Source: an uncultured delta proteobacterium
GTDB taxonomy: Bacteria; Desulfobacterota; Binatia; UBA9968
Length of the DNA stretch: 64,000 nucleotides
Assembly: GCA_963771465.1 (NCBI GenBank)
Contig: CAVYTU010000014.1
Location: 960,001-1,024,000 of the forward strand
Direction of reading: 5' to 3'
In this document: piece after piece, positions 8,745 through 21,477 of the stretch
How the letters are laid out: every line of letters begins with the position of its first letter
How positions within the stretch are numbered: position 1 is the stretch's first letter
Made by a program: the position numbers and the translations under genes
Notes under the pieces: generated by a model
Seen by the model: only the letters and a program-made list of their open reading frames with translations
What the model was told of the DNA's origin: nothing
Databases searched by the model: none

Positions 8745-9265
8745 TCAGGAGACTTTGTCGTCTGCCGCTGCTGCTCGCATTACTGGCGTTTCCGTGCGCC
8801 GTTTTCGCGCATCGGGATGATCAGTATCTGCAAGCGACCCTGGTGACCATCGAACCGAGCGGCGTCCGGCTGCAAATCAACTTGACGCCGGGCGTGGCTA
8901 TCGCCGAACAGGTGCTCGCCGAGATCGACCACGACCGTGACGGCGCGATTTCCAAGAACGAAGCGGCAGCCTATGTCGAGTTGCTGAAGCGCGCTCTCAC
9001 GCTGCGCATGGACGGGCGAAAGTTAGCATTGAAACTCACTGCGTCTGAATTCGTCGAACCTGCAGAACTGCGCACCGGTTCGGGAACAATTCAGATGAAA
9101 TTATCCGCAATCCTCAGCCCGCTCGCGGCCGGTGCCCACAAGCTCACTCTCGAGAACCGGCATTTAACCGCGATCAGTGTGTATCTCATCAACGCTACTC
9201 AGCCCAGGTTTACCACGGTCCAGATCACCAGGCAGAAACGCAACGATGAACCAGAGCGCAGGTGA
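8729..9265 (+). CDS. Hypothetical secreted protein (AH..DQYLQAT; domain often found with HupE/UreJ and DUF3500), C-terminus possibly truncated
   Basis: Signal peptide; EF-hand-like IDHDRDGAIS; overlaps the DUF3500 stop. Confidence 0.65.
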   Translation: MVDAVIRRLCRLPLLLALLAFPCAVFAHRDDQYLQATLVTIEPSGVRLQINLTPGVAIAEQVLAEIDHDRDGAISKNEAAAYVELLKRALTLRMDGRKLALKLTASEFVEPAELRTGSGTIQMKLSAILSPLAAGAHKLTLENRHLTAISVYLINATQPRFTTVQITRQKRNDEPERR

Positions 9266-9355
9266 AATCGAATTTACCTTTCATCCGTTTCGCCCAAAGA
9301 CTGCTGTATCCGGTGCGCCGACTTGAATTCGGTTGGGGCGAAAACATTAGATTCA

Positions 9356-9378
9356 GGTCAAGTTTAAATCTTGACGTT
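9356..9378 (+). repeat. GGTCA-N11-TGAC junction motif / palindrome
   Basis: gtcaag-tttaaat-cttgac with perfect 6-bp arms, downstream of the NRPS cluster. Confidence 0.4.
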
Positions 9379-9575
9379 TCTGTTTTGGGTTTTGCTCTCA
9401 ATAATCGCTTGAAAAGATCTGCTGGCAGTCTTGAAATGGAAATGGGCCAGCAGGATTTGGCTCTCCCCACGACGCGTTTTCTCGTTCCCAAAAGGCACCG
9501 CGAGATACTTCGGCTTCTCAGAGCGGAACACGGACCCTCAATGGGTCCAAAGTCATAAAGTGTGAGACATGCGGG

Positions 9576-11423
9576 CTAGCAAAGTTGTTCAGCCAGTTGG
9601 GCTATTGTGGGGGCATCGAAAAAAGTTTTTATCGGCAAATCTGCTCCGAAAACCTCCATCAGGGACGCAATGACCTGCGTTGCGCGCAAGGAGTCGCCCC
9701 CCAGTTCGAAAAAATTGTCATGAATTCCCATTTCATCGATACCCAATACGCCGGACCAGATTGCCGATAGCTCGATCTCCAGCGGCGTATGTGGTGATAC
9801 GAATGGGTTATCTAGCGCGGGTCGGTTTCGAGACGGAGGTGGCAAACGAAGCCGATCCGTTTTCCCGTTCGGAGTCTGTGGAAACGCATCCATGACAACA
9901 AACGATGACGGAATCATATAGTCAGGTAATGTTCGAGCGAGACTTTGACGAAGCTGCGTAATTGTCACAGCCGGATCGGTCGCTGGTACGAAATAGGCAA
10001 CCAGCAATTGCGCGCCAGCCCCGTCTTGCCGTCCAACCACGACCGCATCAGCGACCGCTTCAATGGCGCGAAGGGCGAGTTCAACTTCCCCAACGTCAAT
10101 TCGAAAACCACGGATCTTTACCAGGAAGTCCTTGCGACCAACGTGGACCAGGGGACCGTCCGCTCTCCTCAACCCGAGGTCGCCAGTTAGGTAAATTCGC
10201 GCGCTGGTGCCGGCGGGGTCAGGCAAGAATACGCGTTGAGTTCGTTCAGGATCGCGCCAGTAGCCCGGCGAGATATACCGGCTCTTGACCGCAAGCTCGC
10301 CGACTTCGCCGACGCCGAGTTCTCTAAGATCCTCGTCGAGCACGAGCACTTCTTTATCCTTAAGAGCATAACCTATCGGCAGTTTAGTGTCCGCTATGTG
10401 CGTGCCATGTGGGATTAGCGCCCAACAAACGGTCAAGCACTCGGTCGGTCCGAGGGAATGGGCTAAGACGCAATGACCCAGAAAGTGGCGATTAAAATAA
10501 TCAAGATCATCGCGCAGCATCGGCTCTCCGCCCACCGATAACACTCGAACCGATGGAAACTTCTGTTCGCTTTCCAACGTGGTCATAAAGTTGCGAAAGG
10601 TCGTTGGCACGGTGCGGATAATGGTAATCTTGTGTGTCAGCAGCAGGTTCGACAACTCACCAAAGCCGGAAGCTTTAATGTCATAGGGGTAGATGGACGC
10701 GCCGTTTAGGAGAGAGCTGAAAATCGCGCGCACTGAGTTCGCGAAACCAACCGAGGTATGCAGCAACCAACGATCTGCCGCACTAACACCCCATCCATTT
10801 GTAAGGTTGCGCGCGTCGACGAGCACATTGCGATGCGTGTGCATCACTCCCTTCGGCTGTCCGGTAGAACCCGAAGTGTAAAGCAGCACCGCTAGGCTGT
10901 CCGGTTTCGGCAAAGCCGCCAGATCGTGATCGGGAAGACTGACATCCGGATTCGTAAAATCGATAACATCGATAGAGCCGCCACAGAGCTCTCGTACCAG
11001 AGCGATGTTGTTTGGGTCAGCGACGATGAGTTTGGCACCGCAATCTCGCAGTATGTAATCTAAGCGATCTCGCGGATAGCTGGCATCCAGGGCGACATAG
11101 AATTTTCCGGCTTTTAACACCGCCATGATCGCCACTAAAACCGCCGCACCATGATCGAAAAACAAGGCGATCGGCTCCTCAGCGCTGCCGCGCCGCGCCA
11201 ATATCTCTCGAGCTAACCGGTTGGCGGTCCGATTTAGCGAGTCAAAAGTGTAGAGCTCCCGGCCTGACCTTATCGCGACACGACTGCCGCCCGCACGGAC
11301 CTGCTTCGCGAGGCGCTCCGGAATCGACTGTTCAATCTCGTCATCACCAAACGCGATGAAACCGCTCGCTGGCTGCACGGTGACGGGTGAAATCGCGTCC
11401 TGTTGTGTCTCTTCAGAGTTCAT
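9576..11423 (-). CDS. Stand-alone NRPS adenylation-PCP didomain
   Basis: [28 protein letters not shown] and PCP FFELGGDSL. The A4 motif reads FANS with no Asp. Confidence 0.9.
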   Translation of the reverse strand: MNSEETQQDAISPVTVQPASGFIAFGDDEIEQSIPERLAKQVRAGGSRVAIRSGRELYTFDSLNRTANRLAREILARRGSAEEPIALFFDHGAAVLVAIMAVLKAGKFYVALDASYPRDRLDYILRDCGAKLIVADPNNIALVRELCGGSIDVIDFTNPDVSLPDHDLAALPKPDSLAVLLYTSGSTGQPKGVMHTHRNVLVDARNLTNGWGVSAADRWLLHTSVGFANSVRAIFSSLLNGASIYPYDIKASGFGELSNLLLTHKITIIRTVPTTFRNFMTTLESEQKFPSVRVLSVGGEPMLRDDLDYFNRHFLGHCVLAHSLGPTECLTVCWALIPHGTHIADTKLPIGYALKDKEVLVLDEDLRELGVGEVGELAVKSRYISPGYWRDPERTQRVFLPDPAGTSARIYLTGDLGLRRADGPLVHVGRKDFLVKIRGFRIDVGEVELALRAIEAVADAVVVGRQDGAGAQLLVAYFVPATDPAVTITQLRQSLARTLPDYMIPSSFVVMDAFPQTPNGKTDRLRLPPPSRNRPALDNPFVSPHTPLEIELSAIWSGVLGIDEMGIHDNFFELGGDSLRATQVIASLMEVFGADLPIKTFFDAPTIAQLAEQLC

Positions 11424-11450
11424 GTCTTCTCCAGAAAATTGGCGATATTT

Positions 11451-14400
11451 TCAATTAACACCCGTTTGCAGTATTCGAGCAACCTCCGCCAATTCCTCGA
11501 TGGTCGGAAAATCGAACATATCTCGTAGTACTATTTTGCTCCCGAACGTCCTTTGCAGCCGCGAGACGACCTGCGTTGCTTTGAGCGAGTGGCCGCCCAA
11601 GTCGAAAAAATTGTCGTGCACGCCAATCCGCTCGAGGTTGAGCACTTCGCGCCAGACCTTAGCGATTGACTCTTCAAGCGAGTTGCGCGGAGGAACGAAC
11701 GTGTCATTGGCCTGTTCATGACCATACTGCGGCGCTGGCAATGCTCGGCGGTCGATCTTGCCATTGGTGGTGCGGGGCAGGAAATCTAAATGCACAAACG
11801 TCCGTGGGACCATGTAATCCGGGAGCTTCTTCCTAAGATGGTTTTTCAGATCGTCGTTCGCCGGAGTTAAGTGCTCGACCGGCAAGATGTAAGCAATTAA
11901 AAATTTATCCTCGGAGTCGTCTTTCTGAACCAGCACCACCGCTTCTTGAATTGCCGGATGCTGGCGTAGAACGGTTTCGATTTCTCCCAACTCAATTCGA
12001 TGGCCGCGGATTTTGACCTGATCGTCCATCCGACCCAGAAACTCGATATTGCCATCAGGCAAGTAGCGAGCCAGGTCTCCGGTCTTGTACAAGCGCTTGG
12101 CCGGTTCATCATCAAAAGAGTGGATGATGAACTTCTCTGCCGTAAGCTCGGGCTGGTTGAGATAGCCCCGCGACACTCCGTCGCCGCCGATGTAGATCTC
12201 TCCAACTGCCCCGATGGGAACAGGATTGCGATGAGCATCGAGTATATAGACCTGGCTATTCGGGATCGGCCGCCCAATCGTTTGTGGGCCATCAGCGCCC
12301 CGACACGTCCACGTTGAGTAAGTCGTGGATTCGCTGGGCCCGTACAAATCGTGAACTTTGTGCACCGATGTTGACTCATAAAGTCGCTTAACTAACTCGA
12401 TCGACAATGACTCCCCAGCAAGATTAATCACGCGCACGGAAGGTAGGATTGCATCTAGTCGCAGCAGTTCATCAATCGCTGATGGCACGGTATTGACGAG
12501 GGTCACCTTGGATCTATTTGGGATTGCGGTCAGAGCAAGCGTATTTTCTGCCACAATGATCGTGCCGCCGCAGGTCAAGGGAGCAAATATCTCGAAGGCC
12601 GAGAGGTCAAAACAGATTGACGTGGAGGCTAAAACCCCGGATAGCTCTTCTTTACTGAAACTAGAATGCGCCCAGGACAAGAATGCCACTGCGTTGCGGT
12701 GTTCAATGGCAACTCCATGGGGTTGGCCCGTAGAGCCTGAGGTGTAAATGACATAGGCGAGACTCTCTGCGGTCATGCGGGCCGTAGGATTCTCGTCGCT
12801 CTCTTTTGAAACCACTGCCCAGTCGGTGTCCAGATAAATTACCCGAGCAGTATCTTGGGAGAGAACCTCAAACAGTCCCTTCTGGGTTAAAAGGACACCC
12901 ACCTTAGAGTCTTGCAGCATAAACTCCAGCCGTTCTTTTGGATAACTCGGATCGAGCGGCACATAAGCGCCGCCCGCCTTGAGGATCCCGAGCAGTCCAA
13001 TGATCATCTCCAATGACCGCTCCACACAGATCCCCACAAGCGTCTCGGGACCTACTCCAAATTTCCATAAGTAATGCGCCAGCTGATTCGCCCGCTGATT
13101 CAGTTCGCGATAGGTAAGCTGCTGATTTTCGAAAAGGACGGCGACGGCATCCGGAGTCCTCTCGGCCTGATTCCCAAATAACTCATGGACGCATTTGTCC
13201 CTCGGATACTCTGTCTTCGTGTCGTTCCATTCCACCAAAAGCTGGTGCTTCTCCGCTTCGGTGAGAACTGGCAAATCCGAAATCCGTCGATCGGGATCTG
13301 TGACGATCCCTTCAAGCAAAACCTGAAAATGACTAAGCATCCGAGCGACCGTAGCGGCCTCGAAAAGATCGGTAGCGTACTCCAGGGTTCCCGCCAGCCC
13401 ACGTTCGCTTTCCCACAACGATAGAAGTAGATCGAACTTGGAGGTCTCGCTGTTGACAGAAACCGACCGTGCCGAAAGCCCTTTCAGCTCAAAATTTTCT
13501 CGCGGGTCATTCTGCAGTACGAACATCACTTGAAACAGAGGCGAAATATTGAGATCGCGTCGCGGGCTCAATTCCTCCACCAGTTTTTCAAACGGCACAT
13601 CTTGATGCGCATAGGCTTCCAGAGCAACATCGCGCATCCGGCGCAAGAACTCTCGAAACGTGGGATTGTTTGAAAGATCTCCACGCAGCACCAAAGTATT
13701 GACGAAAAACCCTATCAGTCCCTCTAGCTCGCGGGTGGACCGCCCTGCGGTGGGCGAGCCGACGGCAATATCCTCCTGCCCACTATAGCGACTAAGCAAT
13801 AGTTGAAATGCAGCCAACAGAGTAATGTACAGCGTGGCGTTCTCATCACGGCTCAAAGCGCATAGCTTCTTTGTTAATGCGGCATCTAATGTGACGCGCT
13901 CTCTCGCGCCCCGGTAACGCTGTACCGTAGGTCGCCGCCGATCCTTGGGTAATTGCAACACTGTCACATTCTCCAGTTGTCTGCGCCAATATGCGAGCTG
14001 TGATTCGAGAACATCGCCTTGCAGCCAGCCGCGCTGCCAAACCGCATAATCGGCATATTGGATCGGGAGGTCGTCCAATGGAGATGGATTGCCGCGCGCA
14101 AAAGCCCCGTAGAGTCGTGAGAGTTCTCGAAACAGCACTCCCGTAGACCAGCCGTCTGAGACGATGTGATGCATGGTGAGCAGCAGAACATGATCATCAT
14201 CCGAGAGCTTTAAGAGTTTCGCTCGGAGAAGTGGCCCTCGGGCAAGATCGAAGGGCTTTTGAATTTCTTCCTTAACCTGTAGCTCAACCGTTGATTCTCT
14301 TTCGTTGTCACTAAGCCCAGCTAGATTAATGAGGTCTAGGGACAGCGTCATGAACGGCTGTAATTGCTGAATGGGCTGCCCATCGACGATGACAAAGCTG

Positions 14401-17400
14401 GTTCGCAGCACTTCATGTCGCCGAACGATTTCATTGACGCTCCGCTGCAGCGCGGTAAAATCAAGAGGTCCACTCAGTCGCCACGCGGCGGGAACATTGT
14501 AAACCGAACTTTCCGGTTCAAGCTGATCGATAAACCACAACCGTTGCTGGGCGAAGGACAAGGGAAGATCGCCACCTCGGTTTGCCGGGCGGATCGGCGG
14601 GAGATGACGTGTCTGGCCAGATTGACGTTCTGCCGCAATAATCGTGGCCAATCCACGAATCGTCGGGCCTCGGAAAAGCCGCCGCAATGGCAACTCAACA
14701 TTAAGAGCCTCGCGAATCCGTGCTACGACCTGGGTGGCCATCAGGGAGTGGCCCCCCAGTTCGAAAAAGTTATCGTAGATGCCGACTTTGTCGAGCTTGA
14801 GAACCTCCGCCCAGATATTTGCCAGCAACTCCTCAGTGGGTGTGCGCGGTACGGAAAACCCTTCGTCCAGCTCAGGTCTACTTCGTTCCGGTGCCGGCAG
14901 CGCCTGTCGGTTCAGCTTTCCGCTGGCAGTGAGTGGTAGCGACTCCAAGAACATCCAAATCGAAGGGACCATGTACTCAGGCAGCTTCTGTCGCAGAAAG
15001 CTGCGCAGTTCATTCGTCGAAGGGATGCACCCGGGAATAGCCACAATATAGGCCACCAGCCGCTTGTCGCCTGGACTATCTTCTCGCGCGAGCACGACAC
15101 CCTCTCGTATCGCCGGATGTTGACCGAGCACGGCCTCGATCTCTCCCAACTCGATTCGATAACCACGAATCTTGACCTGTTCGTCCATTCGCCCGAGGAA
15201 CTCGATATTCCCGTCCGGCAAGTAGCGCGCCAAGTCGCCTGTCTTGTACAAACGTTTGCCGGTTCCACCATCGAAAGAGTGCGTGATGAACTTCTCTGCC
15301 GTAAGCTCAGGCTTATTAAGATATCCCCGCGCCACCCCGTCGCCGCCAATGTAAATCTCTCCGGCGACGCCAACAGGCACGGGATTGAGATGTCGATCCA
15401 ATAGATAGATCTCGGTGTTCGCGATCGGGCGCCCGATTGGCGGCAGATTGGACCAATCGGACGGCCTGCTTGCCAAGGGGAAAGATGTTACGACGTGGCT
15501 TTCAGTCGGACCATATTGGTTATGAAGACGACAGTTGGGTAATCGATTGAACAGCTCCATTATTGGCCGTGTTATTTGCAGCTGTTCCCCAGCCGCAATG
15601 ACCTCTCTAAGGCTTTCCACGGCCGCACAATCATCTAGCGCCCCTTCCGCCAGCTGCTGCAAAGCGACAAACGGCAAGAAAATTCTTTCTATCGATTTTT
15701 CTTTAAGCAGTCCTAACAGTTCCTTCGGGTCACGACGCTCAAGCTCGTCGATCATGACCAAAGTTCCACCGAAGCAAAGCGTAGAAAAAATCTCTTGGAA
15801 TGAAACATCGAAACTCAGGGGCGCAAACTGCAGAGTTCTTACACCCGCTTGACAGCCAAAGTTTTCCGCTTGCCATGACAAAAGATTGACGAGCGGGCGG
15901 TGTTCCATAAGAACGCCTTTTGGCACACCCGTGGATCCAGACGTAAACAGGACGTAGGCAGCGTTGGCGGGAGAAGACACGTTGTTCAACCCTTCCGGAC
16001 TTTCTTGGAGAAGAAGTTGATCAAGGATATCCAAGCAATAACACGCCGATGTTACTGGAATCCGAGAGACCAGGCTGTCTTGGGTTAGTACAGATGACGT
16101 TTCGGCCTGCTCCAATATCAAGCTTAACCGTTCGGGCGGGTAAGATGGATCCAACGGAAGGTATCCGCCGCCAGCTTTTAAGATCGCAAGTAAAGCCACA
16201 ATCATTTCGGGAGAGCGTTCGAAACATACACCTACCAATGATTCCGGTTTGACTCCTTTTATTCTCAAGTAGTGCGCCAACTGGTTGGAGCGGGTGTTCA
16301 ACTCTTGATAAGTCAACTGCTGATCTTCAAAGATGACCGCCACCGAATCGGGCGTTCGCTTTACCTGCTCCTCAAATAATTGGTGTAGACACTTCTCCTT
16401 GGGGTAATCTCTTTTCGTCTCGTTCCACTCCACCAAAAGCTTGTGATTCTCGGCGTCGGTGAGGATGGGTAGATCAGAAATACGCCGATCCGCATCTGCC
16501 ACTATCCCTTTCAGCAAAATCTGAAAGTGCCCAATCATCCTCGTAATGGTAGCGTCATGAAATAAATCCGTGTTGTACTGTAGCGCACCGCTCAGGCCGG
16601 GTGCTGTTTCGTGTATAGATAGAGTCAGATCAAACCTTGCCGTCTCCGTGTCAAGCCGTACAGGACTTACGCTCAAACTCTGAAATTCCAGTCCCGCGTT
16701 TGGAGCATTCTGCAGAACAAACATCACCTGAAACAACGGCGAGTAACTGGGACTACGTTCTCGGCTGAAGCTCTTCCACCAGTTTCTCAAACGGTAAATC
16801 CTGATGCTCATAGGCACCCAAGGCCGTCTTTCTCACCCGACCCAGCAGCTCCCGAAAGGACTGGGATTACCAGAAACATCCGTCCGTAGAACTAAGGTGT
16901 TGACGAAAAACCCGATCAATCCTTCAATTTCGGTGCCGGTTGCGATCTGCAATCGGAGAGCCCACCACAATGTCTTCCTGGCTGCGTATACCGATAAAGC
17001 AAGGTCTGAAACGCCGCTAAAAGAGTCATGAACAGCGTAACTCCTTCTTTGCGGCTCAGCGCTTTAAGTCCCTCGGTCAGTTCCTTGGTGAGCTCTAAAT
17101 ATTGTGCCTTCCCTCTGTAGACCCTGCACCGCCGGCCGGGGCCGATCGGTAGGAACATTGCTGACGCAGGAATCCCCGAAGCTGGATCTTCCAATAGGCG
17201 ATAACCGTCTTTCAAGGACCTTCCCTTGCAACCACTTCCGCTGCCATTTGGCAAAGTCCCCATACTGAATGAAAACTCCGAGAGCGGTGAGGGATGGCCA
17301 GCTGAAAAGGCCGCATAAAGGCCTGTGAGTTCGCTGGAGAGGATTCCCATCGACCAGCCATCCGAAACAATATGATGCATGCTCAGGATCAAAACATGCT

Positions 17401-17905
17401 CCGCCTCCCCTAACTGCAGGAGCGTAGGCCGAAAGAGTGGACCTTTAACCAGATCGAACGGTTTGCTTTGTTCATCCTTAACCAACCGTCGGGCTTCGGC
17501 CTCCCGCTCGTTCTCAGGGAAATGCTGGAGACTCCTCACGGGGAGGGCGAATGCTTTAGGCGAAGCAACGACTTGAACCGGTTGTCTATCTACAATTGCA
17601 AATGTAGTCCGCAGTGCTTCGTGACGTCGAAGGATTTCGTTAATGCTTCGTTCAAACGCAGCAAAGTTGAGCAGACCAGTCAGGCGTACGGCCGTGGTGA
17701 GATTGTAAGTTGAGCTGCCAGGCTCCCACTGGTCGAGGAACCATAGTCTCTGCTGAGCAAAAGAGAGTTGCAGAGGTTCTTTAGATTGCCGCCGCGGAAT
17801 TTCTTCGGCAGAAGCTTCTCCTAGTTCCTCCTCTTGGAAGAGCAAATCAAGCAACGCTTGCCTGTCTGCGCTAGGGTCGGACCTGTTGTCGGGAGAATGG
17901 CTCAT
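11451..17905 (-). CDS. Non-ribosomal peptide synthetase, C-A-PCP-C-A-PCP (frameshifted at about 16.75-17.3 kb)
   Basis: Two [10 protein letters not shown] domains, two A domains and two GGHSL PCPs; no TE. Pieces 16916-17905 and 11451-16817 are joined through indels. Confidence 0.88.
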
Positions 17906-17906
17906 A

Positions 17907-20900
17907 TTATGTGATCCGTTGTGAATATGCCGATCTCTTTTGGTCAAGCATTTTCGCCACCTGATCATCGGAAAGTTGATCTACCTTTAGAAACAGTTGT
18001 GCCCTCCGTTCGGCCCTTGCTCGCAGGTCCGAGTCTTGGTCCATCGTCATCACCCATCCAGCTATAGTAGGTCTTTCGAAAAGGGTGCGCAGAGGCGATT
18101 CGACTCGCAATGCTCGATTAATCCGCGATATGACCTGCATTGCCAGCAGGGAGTGTCCTCCTAACTCGAAGAAATTATCGTAAATGCCCACTCGCTCAAC
18201 TTTCAGAATATCGCCCCAGACATTTGCCAAGACTTTTTCGACCGCCGTCCGAGCAGCCACAAACGCATTCTCCAAGTCAGGCCTGGACTGATTGGGCGCG
18301 GGAAGCACCTGGCGGTCTACCTTGCCGTTCGGTGTTAGAGGCAGAGCGTCCAGGAACACAAACGCCGAGGGCACCATGTAATCGGGAAGCTTCTGCTTTA
18401 GAAAGTCGCGAAGCGCGTTTATCTCTACTTGGTTACCACCGGTCAAGACATAAGCCACTAACCGCTTGTCGCCGGGACTATCTTCTCGGGCGAGCACAAC
18501 TGTTTCTCGAACCGTGGGATGCTGACCAAGCACCGCCTCGATCTCTCGGAGCTCGATGCGATGACCGCGGATCTTCACCAGATCGTCAATTCGGCCGAAG
18601 AACTCGATATTGCCATCGGGCAAATAGCGCGCCAGATCCCCCGTACGATACAACCGTTCGTTGGAACACCCGGGGAAGGATTGTTCAATAAACTTTGCGT
18701 CAGTCTCCTGCGGCCGGTTGACATATCCTGCGGCTACACCAACTCCCCCAATATGAATCTCTCCGACGATACCAACCGGCACCGGCGCGCCATGTCGATC
18801 AAGAATGAACACCTGAGTTCCGGAAATCGGCCGGCCGATGGGAATGGTCCGGTCCCCTCTGCGGACGCCTTTCACGGGATAGAACGTTGTAAACGTCGTC
18901 GCCTCGGCCGGACCGTAGACGTGAATCAACTTTTCTGGCGCGCCTGCCTCCATCACTGCCTGACACGCTCCGGATCGCAGGCTTCACCGCCGAACAGCAG
19001 TTGCCTGACCCCGCGAAATGCTTCCGGCATTGCAAGACTGACGGGGTTAAAGAGCGCAGTTGTCAGGAACAAACAGGTAATCCGCTGCCGGTCGAGCGCA
19101 GCGACGAAAGCTTCCGGGGTGAGCACTGTATCCTGTTCGATAATCGCCAGGCTGCCGCCATTGAGCAGCGCTCCCCAAATCTCGAATGTCGCCGCGTCAA
19201 AAGCGACGTTTGAAACCTGCCCGATAGTCTCCTCCGGTGACAGCACGACATAATTGGGTTTGCACACCAGCCGGATCACCCCACATTGGCGTACGGCAAC
19301 CCCCTTGGGTGTGCCGGTGGATCCGGATGTATAGATGACGTAGGCGAGGTTTTCGGCTGTCGCGCGGCAGGGAGGATCGGTGTGCGGAAGCGCTGAGATC
19401 ACTCTCCCAGTCGCTATCCAGACACACGATGCGTGCCGTCATAGGGCGGCAACTGCCCGAGCAGCGCCTGCTGGGTGAGCAGCACCGGGGCTTGCGTATC
19501 CGTCAGCATGAACGCCAGGCGCTCCTTCGGATAGCCCGGGTCGAGCGGCACATAAGCACCGCCGGCCTTGAGGATGCCCAGCAAGCCGACGATCAGCTCC
19601 AGCGAACGCTCCAGGCAGATGCCCACCAGCACTTCGGGCCCCACCCCCAGAGCGATCAGGTGGTGGGCCAGTTGGTTGGCGCGTGCGTTGAGCTCGGCGT
19701 AGGTGAGTTGCTTATCCTCGAACACCACCGCCACGCCTCGGGCGTGCGCGCGGCCTGTTCCTCGAAGAGCTGGTGGATGCAGCGATCTTCGGGATAGTCG
19801 GCTGCGGTATCGTTCCATTCCACCAGCAACTGGTTGCGTTCCAGCCTCAGTGAGCAGCGGCAGCTCACCGATGCGGCTGCTCCGGATCGGCCACGATGGC
19901 TTCGAGCAGACGCTTAAAGTGCCGCGCCATGCGCTTGATAGTGGCGGCATCGAACAGATCGCTCGCATACTCCCAGGTCGTCTCCAAACCTTGCGCCGAC
20001 TCACGCACCGACAAGGCCAGATCAAACTTGGCGCTGTAGCTTTCGAGCGGCAGGCTGCTTACTTTCAGACCCTCCATGCGCGAGCGCGGCGTCCGGGACG
20101 TTCTGCAGCACGAACAGCACCTGAAACAAGGGATTGCGGCTCATGTCGCGGTCTGGGGCGAGCTCCTCGACGAGCTTTTCGAACGGCACATCCTGATGAG
20201 TGTAGGCGCCAAGCGCTGTTTTTCGCACCCGAGCCAGCAGCTCGCGAAAGCTCGGATTGCCCGAGAGGTCGGTGCGCAGCACCAGGGTGTTGGCGAAGAA
20301 GCCGATCAGCCCCTCCAGCTCGGTGCGCCTGCGTCCGGCAATGGGCATGCCCACCGCAATGTCCTCCTGCCCGCTGTAGCGATAGAGCAGCACCTGAAAG
20401 GCCGCGACAAGCGTCATGAACAGCGTCGCGCCTTCGCGCCGGCTAAGCGCCTTGAGTGCCGCAGCCAACGGCGCAGGCAGATCCAACAATGAGATGCGCC
20501 CCGTGATGACTGGCTACCGACGGGCGTGGCCGGTCGGTGGGGAGTTCCAGCTTGCTAAGCCCCGCGAGCTGGGTTCTCCAGTAGCTCAGCTGGGTTTCCA
20601 GCACCTTCCCCTGCAGCCACTCGCGCTGCCACGCTCCATAATCAGCATACTGAACCGGCAACACCGGCAACCGCGGTTCCCGTCCCTGCACGAAGGCGCT
20701 GTAGACCGCGGAAAGCTCACGTTCGAAGATGCCGCAGGTCCAGCCGTCGGAAACGATATGATGAGCAACGCGCAAGAGCACGTGCTCTTGCTTACTCAGG
20801 TGCACCAGCAGCATGCGCCATGGGGGGCCGGATTCCAGGTCAAAAGGTTTCTGCATCTCGCTCAACAGCAGAGCTCGCAGCGCCTCATTCTGCTGACTCG

Positions 20901-21477
20901 ATGGAACCTCGCGAAGGTCAGCACGTTTGATTTCGACAGCAACGTCTTCGTTTATGATCGGCTCCGGCTCGTCATCGACCAGCGAGTAGCTTGTGCGGAG
21001 AATCTCATGGCGCCCGGCTATATAGCCTACGCTCTGATCGAGCACATCCACGTCGATTTCACCCGCCAGCCGGTAGGCACGACTTTGGTTATAGCTGGGG
21101 TCGTCCAGATACAGCTGTGCGAGAAACCACATCCGTCTCTGGGTATCCGAGAGGTGTGGGGCTTCGCCTTCTTGCCGGCGTGGAATCACTGTCGGACGCG
21201 TCGCGCTTTGTTTATCTGCGGCAGCACGTAAACGAATTTCAACTATCGCCCGCGCCATTCCGGCTACGGTCATCGCATCTTGCGGTAGCGATTCAATGTT
21301 GAGATCGACGCCAAACAGGGAGTTAACGCTCGCAATTAACGAATCCAAACCAGGACGATCACCACCGAGCAACAGAAAATCGTCGTTCCTGCCTATGTCG
21401 TTTACCCGGAGGATCCTCGACCACAACCTGGCTAGCGCCGCTTCCAAAGGTGAGGTGATCACGACAGAATCCTTCAC
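17907..21477 (-). CDS. Non-ribosomal peptide synthetase, (degenerate PCP)-C-A-PCP, multiply frameshifted
   Basis: Consecutive ORF fragments 20443-21477, 20022-20489, 19865-20077, 19656-19868, 19414-20025, 18953-19402 and 17907-18956 form one colinear module ([26 protein letters not shown]). Confidence 0.85.

Noticed and set aside
9262-9558. 98-aa ORF after the DUF3500 pair
   Set aside because: No recognisable features; runs across an AT-rich junction motif and is probably a by-product of the upstream truncation.
16750-20500. Programmed ribosomal frameshifting or phase variation in the NRPS
   Set aside because: Too many breaks, and no consistent slippery site or repeat tract.
11451-21477. 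Near-identical nucleotide blocks as mobile or CRISPR-like repeats
   Set aside because: They are conserved NRPS core motifs repeated between modules.
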